In this document: positions 13,073 to 24,051 of the stretch, piece by piece | How the letters are laid out: each line of letters begins with the position of its first letter | Numbering within the stretch: position 1 is the first letter of the stretch | NCBI GenBank assembly: GCA_001244265.2 | Contig: CDLV01000013.1 | Location: 1,240,001-1,304,000 of the forward strand | Length of the DNA: 64,000 nucleotides | Direction: 5' to 3' | Source of the DNA: Microbotryum violaceum | Lineage: Eukaryota | The notes under the pieces: model-generated | Databases searched by the model: none | The model's input: the letters and a program-made list of their open reading frames with translations, nothing else | Told to the model about the DNA's origin: nothing | Made by a program: the position numbers and the translations under genes

Positions 13073-13755
13073 TGAACCTTGAGTACTGCGGTTGGACAGC
13101 TTTTAGGAAACGTCTGAAGCGCTGTATAAGAACCCTTCCCCTCTCATTGCAACGCTTGAATCTTTGACGTGAAGAACCCGACGATAAGCCCGAGAGCATC
13201 GGCTAGATGTTTCATCATCTCTCCGCTAACAATGATCATGCGAGGGTAAAGGCACCGGTTCCGACAGTGGCCGGGGACCGATCACTGCAAAGGTCATTTT
13301 TCGGTTTTGCTTTTAAATCCGGTGTCAACGGACCCGCCTCATACCCGCCGAGGTCACTCTAAATTGGCCCGAATTCTGCCCATTTGGGGCTTGCCGCACT
13401 CCCTCACCCTAGCTAGTCTAGCCCCTGAGGCCTGAGGCCTGAGCAGTGAGCATTGTCCGCGCGTTGGCCCCTCGAGTCGACCGAGCGGTAGATCTCGTGC
13501 CTTGTGATTTTACCCGCTTCCTTCCGGCTTCACAAACCCGAAATTCAAGCGAGGGGTTGAACTGCGCTCGTCAGCAGTACCGAACTCCGTACCGGGCCTA
13601 AAACATCAGATAAAAGGTAGCGCATTGCAACCTACAGCATAAAAGTGCGCGCTTGCCGACGTACTTTTGGAATCACTTTGCCAATCGGCCTCGTTACGTT
13701 TCGCGCCGCTCTTGTCCAGTCACCCTCTCACCTCCCGCCTCGCCACCAGCATTCA

Positions 13756-14868
13756 TTAAGCCAACATCACAACACCAACGCGACACTCCAGCAAGACGAT
13801 ACGTGTATATTCTGCTGGGCTGCGATCAGTGCATACCATCCAGTCCGATCTTGTTGAGAAGAAGGGGCTAACTTTCCGACTGGGACCTTCACCATGCCTG
13901 CTGCGGAGTGCCGCTATGTCTGCTTTGGAGAGCTGACCTTTGATTCCCGCAAGCCGGCACACTTCGCGATCGTACGCTAATTTCCATGCGGACCGAATAT
14001 TTGCCAAGACATCGATGACGAGTTCTTCATAGAGCCAGTCGCCGGATGTGACCGCAAGGAAACCAGCCCGTTCGCGAATCTGACCAAGTGCCAATGGAGG
14101 AGTAATTGGTCAGCACGCAAGCGAGCGCACAACAAGGTGACGACCGGGGAGGGAGGGCTTCGTGTTACTTACATACTTGACGATTTCTCGTTGCTTCAAA
14201 GGGGAGAGATTCCCCCACAAGACTGTGTTTGTGCTAGTTTTGGCAGAGATGAGTCTGAAGGCGTCCTTGAGATCGTAGTTTTCGGGCAGGTCGTGGTTGG
14301 GGGACCACTCCTGGTTGATCTCCGCAAGCGGCCCATACAGCTGGACCGGGGTAGGTGTCCTGATCCCTGCCACTACTAGTGCATCCCGCACCACCGACTG
14401 GGTCGAGGAAGGTTACGAGTGGCACAGGGATGTCAGAGCTAGTCGGTAGTGGGGCTCTGCTCGCTGGACTTGCCAATTGTAATAGATTTTGTCAATTTGC
14501 CCGCGCTTGCAAGTATAATCACGCAAACCCATATTGCCCTTGTCTTTTGGTGCGTACATGCCGTCGGCATCAATGTATTTTCTGGCTGCAGTGGACCGAT
14601 GCGGCACACGTCAGCGGAAATGTGGCTGACTTAGCCCGAACGAGACTCGGCCCAAGCTTGAGGCCTCCTGAGGCCTGAGCGCTTGAGCCCGAACCAGCTG
14701 AGCCCAAAGCTGAGCCCGAACCTGAGCCCGAACCTGAGCCCGAACCTGAGCCCGAATCTGGCGAAGCAAATCCTTGAATCAGAACAAGTACTGCATGCTG
14801 AGCTCACCAGTGCCCTTCCCATTCCGTCTTTGGTTCTCTTTGTCCTTCTCTGATGCAGATCCTGCCAT
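13756..14868 (-). CDS. Transposon accessory protein of unknown function (candidate DNA-binding, TnpA-like role); 3' end unresolved
   Basis: ATG at 14868 and first intron 14807-14758. At least 5 exons join in frame: MAGSASEKDKENQRRNGKGTD(SG)n...KYIDADGMYAPKDKGNMGLRDYTCKRGQIDKIYYNWQSVVRDALVVAG...WGNLSPLKQREIVKYIRERAGFLAVTSGDWLYEELVIDVLANIRSAWK. Confidence 0.7.
14685..14757. repeat. 12-bp tandem repeat (CTGAGCCCGAAC)n encoding a poly-(Ser-Gly) linker on the minus strand
   Basis: About 6 imperfect copies within exon 2 of the accessory gene. Confidence 0.85.
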
Positions 14869-15060
14869 TGCGGCGCTCCCGTGTGGCAGTGGATGAATGG
14901 TGGATGGGAGAAGGACTGAACACGTGGGCGGAAGGAGGGAAAGAGAGAACCGAAGACGCGCGCGCAAACTGCACGACTGCGCCGACTGCGCCACAATTTT
15001 TGCAAAGTCTTCTTCCGGACCCTCAACGGTGGTAAACGTGCACCGCTCGTTCGCTCCGCC

Positions 15061-18000
15061 ATGGCGGGCAACACAACCTCTCGCCCATGCCCTTGTTCCT
15101 GGTGCAAAGGTGCTTCAGTGTCAAAAGCGACCTTCTACCGCCATCACGCTCGACAACCTAATGGACCCCGCGCTACCGAAGAGGCTGCCATTCTCGAGGT
15201 ACCGCGGCAGCCATCGATGCTTCTAGCACCGCCTGGTCCCCAGTCTCAATTATTCCAGACCCCACGACCTACACCCAGTTGGTTCGCAACCCGCTCGCCA
15301 CAAAAATATACCCAATCCGCAGAGCGAATCGTGTCGCGAAAGGCGTTCGTCGGTTCTTCGATGGGCGCTCAGCTCAATGACTCGGCGCGTTCAAACGACA
15401 CACAAGCCTATGGCAGCGTCTCGAGTAATATTTCGCACACCGATGCACCAAACTCACCATCGCTGCCCTACGAGAGCGAAGAATTCAGTATGAACATCAG
15501 CCCCGAGCTTCCCCAGATCCCTGAAGGCGATTACGATTTCGAGCGAGCTTCTTGGACGGGGGGGTCAATGGACAGTTTCGAAGGCCATGCACTGGAGTCG
15601 GACCAAGACGTACTTCGCCAGACACAACTGTTTGAAATAACTTCCGCTTTGGAGACGACATCCCCCGCCCTGCAGCCCCTCGACAATTACAGTTCGAGCT
15701 CGCTCCCATTCGACGACGACGATCCACTTGTCGTCGAGGAACTTTGGGGAGCGGATCAACGGTTGGATGCCAATGGTGTCTACAACACACCCACCACATC
15801 CCGATTGTCAGCTCCCAGGAGCGCGCAGTGGCAGAGGAGGAAGTTCGCCAAGAGATCGAGTTGGGTGAGATTCATATCATAAATTGAATGTTGCTAGTGA
15901 GTAGGCGAGTGCTGCGTCCCTGATGTGAACCTCTGCTCCACTGCCTTCAGCCAAGGCTCTCCCGTACTACGACGTGGACACACTGTACGACTTTTATTTT
16001 CGACATATGTACAACATGACGCGCCAGGCGAGCAAAATCTGTGAGGTACTTGAGAGTCGGCCTAGTTTGCAGAAAGTACGTGCTCGAGTGTTTGCATTGA
16101 CAAGTAAGTAGTCGGGCTGCATTCCATTCTTGATCTTGAAAGCGCAGTGTTCGCTGACAGTTCGTCGATTTAGGCTTGAAGCCTGTTCGGATACCCTGCT
16201 GCGTCAAGACCTGTGTTGCTTTCACTGGGCCGAGAGAAGCATTGACACGCTGTCCAGTATGCAATTCGCCGAAACTGGATCAAAATGGCCATCCTCAAAA
16301 TACATTTCTGTACCTGTCGCCCGACGTGTACTTAAACATCTACCTGCGCGATCGAGTGTACGCCTCCTTGATGCGTTATCGATCCGACTTTGAGCGCAAT
16401 CGAGATCCTCAAGAGGTCGTGGACTTATTTGACGGTGATCGTTATCGCGAGAAGCTGGATCAGAACATATCATGGACGAACCCACCTATCGCAGGTGCAT
16501 CCCAACCGACCGTCTCTACAATCAACGTCAAGTATTATGAGAACGATGTCGACGTCGCGTTCGGGCTGTTCACCGATGGCATTCAACTATTCAACAAGAC
16601 TCAGAGCGAATGCTGGCCAATCATGATGATCAATTACAACCTACCGCCAGAGATACGTTACAAGAAGAAGCATCTCATGACCGTCGGCATCATACCCGGC
16701 CCCAAGGGCCCCAAAGACATTGATTCATTTCTTCATCCCCTCTACGAAGATGCTCGAGCATCGGCTAGAAATGGACACATGGTCTTTGACGGTGTTACAG
16801 AGGTGTGTAATAGCGTCGCCGAGTTAAGTCCTGCATATCCTCCGCCCCGTGGAGACTGATGCACATTGCCGCATTGACATACCATGGTGCGACAGCGATG
16901 GTTCATACACGTGATTGGAGGCGACGGACCTGCTCTCTCAAAGATGCTTGGTTTCAAGGGTCCAACCGCCAAATGGCCTTGCCGAGTCTGCCTCATTCAA
17001 GGAGTTCCATGCGCTGCTGCCCACAATCACAACTACTACCCCCTCAAGATGCCTCTCGACTCATCGCATGCGAACCTATCTGATCTGACCGCTTTGGATC
17101 TTCCCATGCGTTCGGCAGCAACGATCTGCGAAGCGGCATCGGAAAAAAATCCTACATTCGGCCTCAGCAAGCTGAGCTCGGCGGCGCACCTTCCTGGATT
17201 TTCGCTTCATCAAGACGGACCTTCGGACTTCATGCACGCTGTCTTCGAAAACGTCGCTCGAAAGCTCTTCAATATGTGGCATGGTGACTTGGCGGCTCAG
17301 AAATCAAAGGGTTACAAGACCCAGGCGCCACAAGCTCAGAGAGGCAGATCCGCGCAAGGAAAGGTGACATCGGCGGCTAGTGCAGAAGCAACGATGTCCG
17401 CGGCCGCAGTAGACGAAGCGCTTGGGACCGACTTACCTGACTGGGTGATACCAAACAAAATATGGGAGGTCATTGGCCAGGAAATCACCAACGGCGCAAA
17501 GACAATACCCAGTCTATTCGCTCGAAAGATGCCCAACATCCACCTACAGACTGGAGCAATGACTGCAGAGGATTGGTCGAACTGGATTCTCTATGTTGGC
17601 CCCTGTGTTCTTCATGATCGACTGCCCGCCAAATATTTCGCCCACTTCCTGGCGCTTCGGAGGTGGGTTAAAGATTGCATGGCTATGACAATCAACAAGG
17701 AGGATGTAGCCAAGGATGGCGCTCTTCGACGTGACATAGCCTCCTGGTGTACCGAGTTTGAATCGTAAGCCCTCACGGTGCCACTCTTCCCTGAAGGACC
17801 TCAGTCATCTGACCCTAATCTGCCTTGTTTACCTCGGCTTCAGATTATATTACTCAGGGAAATCAGCTCACTTGATCAATCTGCCGCACTCGGTTCATGC
17901 GGTCTTACACATAGCCGATTTCATCGAATGGCATGGGCCACCTGCCATGACTTGGTGCTTTGCCATGGAGCGGCTCAACCAAACGGTCAAGCGTGTCGCA

Positions 18001-19283
18001 AGCAAGGCTCATCGTCTACCATATGAAGCAGTGAATCGTTGTTAGTAATGCTCTGCCCAAGGAATACGAGTTGATTGCGATGTAAAATCTCTGACCACTT
18101 CTCTGTAACCCATGCAGATGTGTGTGCGGATGCTGCCTTGCAAATGGCGTGTTCGCGCTTTCCTCGCTTCTCTTATCCCATCACTGTACCGGCACTGATG
18201 AAGCATCAGCAGGACAAGCAGATGGAGCTCGATCAGATGCAACAGTCACGGGGGTTGTTTATGAACGCAACGGGAGATCAAATGCGCGGTTCGTCCGCAG
18301 CCGCAACACGACAAGCTTCGAGTGAAAATGGGGACTCGGGGGCCGAAGCTTTGGGTCTTTACGGACGGCGCAGTGACAAGCTGAAGCAGGGACCGGGTAT
18401 CAACGATGTAATGCGAGTTGCGCAATTCATTGCACGCGAATCGTTTGGTCAGCTGGCCCCTGTGGTCTTCAAGCGAAAGGTGCGTATTCACATTTGGTTC
18501 AGATCCATCCGGCATTTCGAATTGCTAATCTGCAGCTCACTGCCGCATAGGTTGACGCAATCACGACATCAATTTTGAGCTTGTCGATCAATTCTTTTGA
18601 AGGCTACCGCATGGACTCTGGACGGGACCGGATTGCGGCGGCGGAGCGACTGTCAAAGCATGCAAGAGTTTCTGCAGACACACAGGATGCTTCATGGATC
18701 TCAGTAAGTTATAGTACCAGGTTACGATTACAGTTACGCTGAGGAAGCATTTTCAGTACGATCTATTGATAGACAGTAGTCGACGTCGTGCAAAAGACAA
18801 CTCTCAGGCGTTCCCTCGTGAAGGCGAAGGAGCCGATCGTGTCAAACATTTTGGTCAACTTTTGGCGATTTATGAGTTCCGATATGGGGAGCAGGTGCGC
18901 GCATTCGCACTTGGTTGTGCCAGGCGGCCTTACGACCCTGACACATTCCTCTCGCTTCATAGAACTTCCTGCTTGGGAAGATACGGTCGCTTGGTTTGAG
19001 CCACTTGCAACCTGTCGACACGGTCGAACGGGCCCCGATTGCCAAGCCGACGCCAAAGCGGCAAAAGAGGAAGGCTTTGTCTGTTGTAGGAGAGCACAAG
19101 CATCAGAATTTGTTCTTCACTCAAGGTAAACGTGCTTCAGCAGCGGTTGAGATTGTGGATCTGCGGTGCATCCTGGGCTCAGCTGGTCGCATACATCGGA
19201 GGGTTGGTCGAGAGGAGTCCCGGGAGTACATCTTTGACCGGATGGATGACGAAGCTCGGCCCAATTTTCTGAACCTGGAATAA
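15061..19283 (+). CDS. CACTA/Tnp2-family DDE transposase, about 1191 aa, about 10 exons
   Basis: N-terminal CPCxxC...H. Motifs CCVKTCVAFTGP..CPVC, FGLFTDG, NYNLPPEIRY, IPGPKGPKDIDSFL, GDGPA..PCRVC, DFMH, HAVLH..GP..WCFAMER, QDASWISYDLLID, FGQL and EIVDLRCI..GRI..IFDR. Exons 15061-15761(?), 15812-15864, 15951-16103, 16174-16802, 16896-17764, 17844-18040, 18118-18479, 18551-18703, 18757-18894 and 18963-19283 all match in phase. Confidence 0.92.
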
Positions 19284-19454
19284 TACACTGGCTTCCTTCA
19301 CTCGTCTGTTTCATCCACTGCCAGAGACAAGAGTGTTACAGAGAAGTTCTAGGCATCCGAGTGGTGGTATTGCGGTGGTAACAACCCAGACCCCGTAGTA
19401 ACTACGCTGCACGTACAGAAGAAACCCGGAGGCCGGGGGAATAACCATCCAGGC

Positions 19455-19878
19455 AGATATTACCCATGTCAAAGTTAATACCCGGCTGGGGGGTATTACC
19501 GCGCGCCTGGTTATTACCCCTTCAGCTGGGTATTACCCCCCTTCAGCTGGGTATTAACCCCGTTCAGCTGGGTATTAACCCCCAGCCGGGTATTACCCAT
19601 CTCTCTGGGTAATAGGTATTACCCCTCAACTGGGTATTACCCAGAGAGATGGGTAATACCCGGCTGGGGGGTATTACCGCGCGCCCGGGTACTCCCCGTC
19701 GGCTGGGTATTACCCGCGGAGATGGGTAATACCCGTCAGAGACTTAATGCCCGACGTGGGGTTAATACCGCGCGCCTGGGTATTACCCGTCAGCTGGGTA
19801 TTACCCAGGCGCGCTCGGGACACTACCCAGGTGAGACCCGGGTAATACCCTTCAGAATGGGTATTACCGGAATTAACC
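19455..19878. repeat. Subterminal array of about 20 GGGTA(T/A)TACCC palindromes, including a perfect 36-bp inverted repeat
   Basis: Motif recurs about every 18-21 bp. 19579-19614 is the exact reverse complement of 19635-19670. A 32-bp direct repeat occurs at 19476-19507 and 19654-19685. Confidence 0.95.
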
Positions 19879-20325
19879 GACCCTCAGTGAGATCCTGCAG
19901 TGCTCGCGCGAATCGACCGTAGGTTCGTCGTAAGTCTTAACCATTCAAATCTGTGAAGCAAGTCTCGGAGTTTGTACCAGGCAAACCTAGAGATAGAGTG
20001 ATAGCCCACTAGTAGAACTGCTCCCTCTCCCCAGCTCACGCAAAAGTCGCCCCCTCGGAGTATACATCAGAAAAAACGAGCGCGGAAGCGGCAAGCCAGG
20101 ATCAACGTCTTGTCGGAGACTGAAGTACATTAGCACTGTCACGTGTTTATAGCACCATTGATAATCTGGCAGCTCTCCTCCCCCTCGCGAAATATGTACC
20201 GGAAAAAGCAAAGTGGTTGCTCAAAACATCACTGCAGGCGGGCGATCGATCGATCGACCCCACTCGTCTTCCCCACCCACCCTGCGAGCCGACGACCGAG
20301 AACGACTTGACGCCCGCTTCTTGAA

Positions 20326-21331
20326 ATGGCATCGACCCAGTTCCCCTCCACATTGTCTCACGAGAAGAAAGAGTTCATCAAAGCGTTCTATAGTGTCTCA
20401 GATGTACCGGGTGCGACGGACAAGGTGAGTACTGATGCACCATCTCCTGAGTCCACTGGCGGGCCGTAGCCAAACCGATTCCTCGAATCACCGGTGACCA
20501 GTTCCCGAAACTTGGACTTGAGCCTTGGAGGCGCTCTGGGAGCCAAATTAGTTTGAAAGTAGTGCTAAGGATCGCTTTGAACTTTCATAGTATATGGACT
20601 TTTTGACAGAGGAGTAAGTGAGCTGTCTACTGAGCGAGTGTTGCGTGGAGCGGGGTGTCGACTGATGATGCCCGGATCGTGGCAGTGTCGACTTCATCAT
20701 GGGCTTGAAGGCGATACACGGCGTACCGGGTCAGTCGGAGCACCTTCAAGAACCCGTAAGATATCTCTCAGCTAACGTTGTTCGTCGGCACATGCTTGTA
20801 ACCGCATCATCAGCCGTTCGGAAGATGCGCGAGACCATGTGGAGCGACGTCACAACTCGTCGACACACCCCCACACAAGTCTACACCTTCGATCAGGAAG
20901 CCAACGACCTTATGATTCACGGCAAGGCAAGTTCCATCATATGAGATCAAATTTGGGCCTTGAGGCATGTGCTGATTCCGCTCCATTTTGTTCTGACCTG
21001 CCAGGTATCCTACGGCCTCAAGAACGGCACATCCGTCGAGGACGTCGGATGGGCCGCGAGGATGGTCTTTGCACAAGGTGGAGAGCTGAAAATGAAGAGT
21101 TATCAGGCAGGTCGCACCCAATATCGATCTTTTCATGTAGTATTTACTGACCCCAGAGCTCTCTTATCAACCTTGGCGATGTTCCAGGTCTGGCTTGTGA
21201 GTGGTTATCATGGAATGGGTGTGAATCCTCTTGACTCCCCGATTGATCCAAGTTCCTCTTCCATCTCCTAATGTTCCAACCAGGATGCTGCTCCACTCGC
21301 GGACGCAGTCAAAGAGATGCACAAAAATTGA
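20326..21331 (+). CDS. SnoaL/NTF2-like fold small fungal protein, about 145 aa, 7 exons
   Basis: Exons 20326-20424, 20591-20613, 20686-20729, 20814-20926, 21005-21106, 21188-21196 and 21284-21331 give MASTQFPSTLSHEKKEFIKAFYSVSDVPGATDKYMDFLTEDVDFIMG...TRRHTPTQVY...MIHGKVSYGLKNG...WAARMVF...MKSYQVWLD. This resembles the FY..SD...YQVYLD fungal SnoaL-like family. Confidence 0.8.
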
Positions 21332-21429
21332 GGAAGAGTGTATAGGGTTCCGACTGCAATCGAATAGTATCTCGTATCATCCAAGCATACCCCCGTTCAT
21401 GACGGCATTCGAGATTGAAACGCCGTGAT

Positions 21430-23787
21430 TCACACCAACACCCTAACATCAGTCCAATCGCCTTCCCACACACCACCGACTTCAAGCGCAGACTCTTCCA
21501 CTTGCATCTCAACCCCTTGACCAAACTTGGGACGAGCTTCTCGTATCCCCGAAAATTCATCATCATAGGTCTCTTCTCCCTCCTCCCTCCATTCTTTTTC
21601 GAATTCATTTGAGATGGGTAGGCAATCGGGATGCAGCTCGATCCTCAGGAGGCCGTCTTGGTAAGAGAGGAAACGGCCGTACTTGAGGGTTACAGTCGGG
21701 CTAAAAGTTAGAGGGTCGAGTTCCAATATCTAAACCAGAGATATCTTCGGGCAATTAGCATTCATGTACGATCCTCCAGTACTCGGGATACGTGTGATGC
21801 TCACCCTCGTCGCGATCCTTAATCCTTTCTTCGCATCCTCCTTCTTCAACACCTTCATCGACCCAGCATTCATCATCCCATCAATCTCATCCCACGTCGG
21901 CCACCCTCCGAAATTTCCCCCCCCTTCCTTATCAACAATTCCTACAGGAGTCGGTTCGGGCCATCTCGTCCATTGCGAAGAGGTTTCGGGTACGATCTCG
22001 CCCGGGCCAGGTTGCCAGTTTGTACCTTCGACGTCGACGCTGGTGATGACGAGGTTAGGGGGGAGATCGCTTCGTTGGGAGGGGGGGAGGTGAGCTACAT
22101 TTGGTGTGGATATTGAAGGGACGCCATTTGTAGCGGCTTTGAAGCGTGCCCAAGGAGTATAAGGCGCGGGAGTGGAGGTCTTGGCAGGAACAGTAGGAGA
22201 TTTAGGAGCTGCGGGTGTGGACTGCTGGGTCGCTCGAGCTTGGAGGGGAGGAGGGGACCCCGGCTCGTATCTCGGCGAGACAGGCGAGTCACTCTTCCCA
22301 CGAGCCTCTGGTCGAGATGCCCATCCTGTAGGCGCCTCGACCACCAGCACGCCCTCTACCGCGATTGTTCGTTGTGGATCGTCGAAGAAGATACGTTTGG
22401 GAGCAGTCGAGGCGGATGAAGAAGAGAGTCGGATGTGCTTCTTCTTGTTTTTGTTGCCCGAGGCAAGGTGGAGCATGTTGAGTTTTGGGCCGTGTAGATC
22501 AGTGTAGGGGTCGAGAGCGATTTTTGGGGTCGGTTTGGTTGTAGTGGGCAGTGCAGGCGCGGCTTCTGGTGGGATTGACACGGGACTGGTAGACCTCGCC
22601 GCCGATGCCGGAGGCTGCTCGACCGTGGTCGCGGGAGAGACTGCAGGGGGCAAAGATGCCCTCTCAGTCACTGTCCCAAATCGATTCAGCTTAGTAAACA
22701 TATACCACAACTGACCTTTCAGAACCTCGGTGCCCTCAGAACTTTGCGGTACACTTGATTTTGCCGCCTGTGAAGTGTTCGCGCTCGCGTTTGCTTCCCG
22801 AGATTTGTCATTTCGAAACAGTCTCCGCCTACGGTTCCGTTTCTGAGTTCGTTTCAGTCCCTGCCCCTCCGTAACGTGTGCAACGCTGTTGATCTTGGTA
22901 GGCTTTGCGCTTGCACTTGCTGAGGCCTGTTTAATCCCGATTTGTTTCGACCGGGAGTCCGAATCGGACGAAGAACTCGAATCGGACGAATCGGAGTCGG
23001 AACTCGACGGTGTTTCCGACGATAAAGAGCTCGAGGTTGAGCGAGCACGTTTTGCGGGTCTTTGAAGATGATTCGATGCGATATTGGGCGGTCGTTTGGA
23101 GGAGATAGGTCGGGGTGCAGCATCATCTTCGTCGTCCGAGGAGTCGGAAGAATCAGATGAGTCGGCATCCGAGTCAGACGAGGAAGATGATGACGACGAC
23201 GACGATGAAGATCCCGACTTTGCTTCTGCGATCGAGGGCAAAACGTTATTGCTTATGCCTTGTCCCAGGTTTGGTTGAGCGACGATAGTAGCCGCTGTCG
23301 AGGTTGAAGCCGAAGCGAGGTGGGCAGCTTTGATCCTGCGAAAGGGTAGCTCCATGATCAGGTTGTATGCGCTTCTGAATGATGTTCATCCAGCTGGAGC
23401 AGCTCACTCTAGTACATCATTCGCCTGCGGCGAGCAGTCCAGCGGATTAGCCAGGGATCAGTGCAGCAGACGAGCAGCTCTCGAACTCACGAGATCGAGC
23501 ATCGCACACGGTGACGTCGGTAGCAGCGCAAAACCTAGTAGCCCAATACGACACATTGCAAGATTTGCGTCAGCTGGTAAATGTAGAAAGCGCAGTCGAT
23601 CTCGCAGCGCACCCATGAGCTCAATTTCAATCTCCGGTCGACCGGGCAACATCGTGCGAATGTCGTTCGCGACATCCGCGAATGTCGAATTCGGGGCGAG
23701 GGGAAGCCATGCACGAAGAAGAGGCAGCGGTGCTGTGGTGAAGAATCGGATTCGTATCAACGGGGCGCCGTTGATGAGAGCCGACAT
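21430..23787 (-). CDS. Coilin-like (Cajal body) protein
   Basis: N-terminal IRIRFFTTAPLPLLRAW ubiquitin-like segment. Ser/Asp tracts and basic TQKRNRRRR and NKNKKK. C-terminal Tudor-like ELDPLTFSPTVTLKYG...WTDVRVL. Overall architecture matches fungal coilins. Confidence 0.7.
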
Positions 23788-24051
23788 CGCTTGGCAAGGG
23801 TGAGTGTCGGCGTCGCGAGGTCGAAACGGCCGGTCGGGTGCGAAGGAGTTGTGGGGGGTACACAGAGCGAAGGTGCGAGCGAGACTGGTTTGCCACCCAG
23901 TCGGCAATTTTGTGCATTTACTACCTTCACGCATGCGTCCTTTTCGTTTGACCAATGTGAGGTAATAAGATAGTGTAACATTCCTACTCATTCTGGCCAA
24001 GTCCAAGTCAACACGTGCCAAGTGAGTCTGCTCTATCTTTGTCCAAAGCGG

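Larger units (their letters stand above)
13283..19902. mobile_element. CACTA/En-Spm-like (CMC superfamily) DNA transposon; boundaries tentative
   Basis: Contains a Tnp2-type transposase and a divergent second gene. Right subterminal palindrome array. Inverted CACTGCA at 13283 and TGCAGTG at 19896-19902, with an alternative CAGTG at 19885-19889. No convincing target-site duplication. Confidence 0.75.

Noticed and set aside
19455-19878. CRISPR-like repeat-spacer array
   Set aside because: Repeats are 11 bp, spacers are short and themselves repeated, there are no cas genes, and the context is a eukaryotic transposon end.
13281-19892. 2-bp 'GA' target-site duplication if the ends are TCACTG...CAGTGA
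   Set aside because: It would make the element start with T, atypical for CMC elements, and a 2-bp match is likely by chance.
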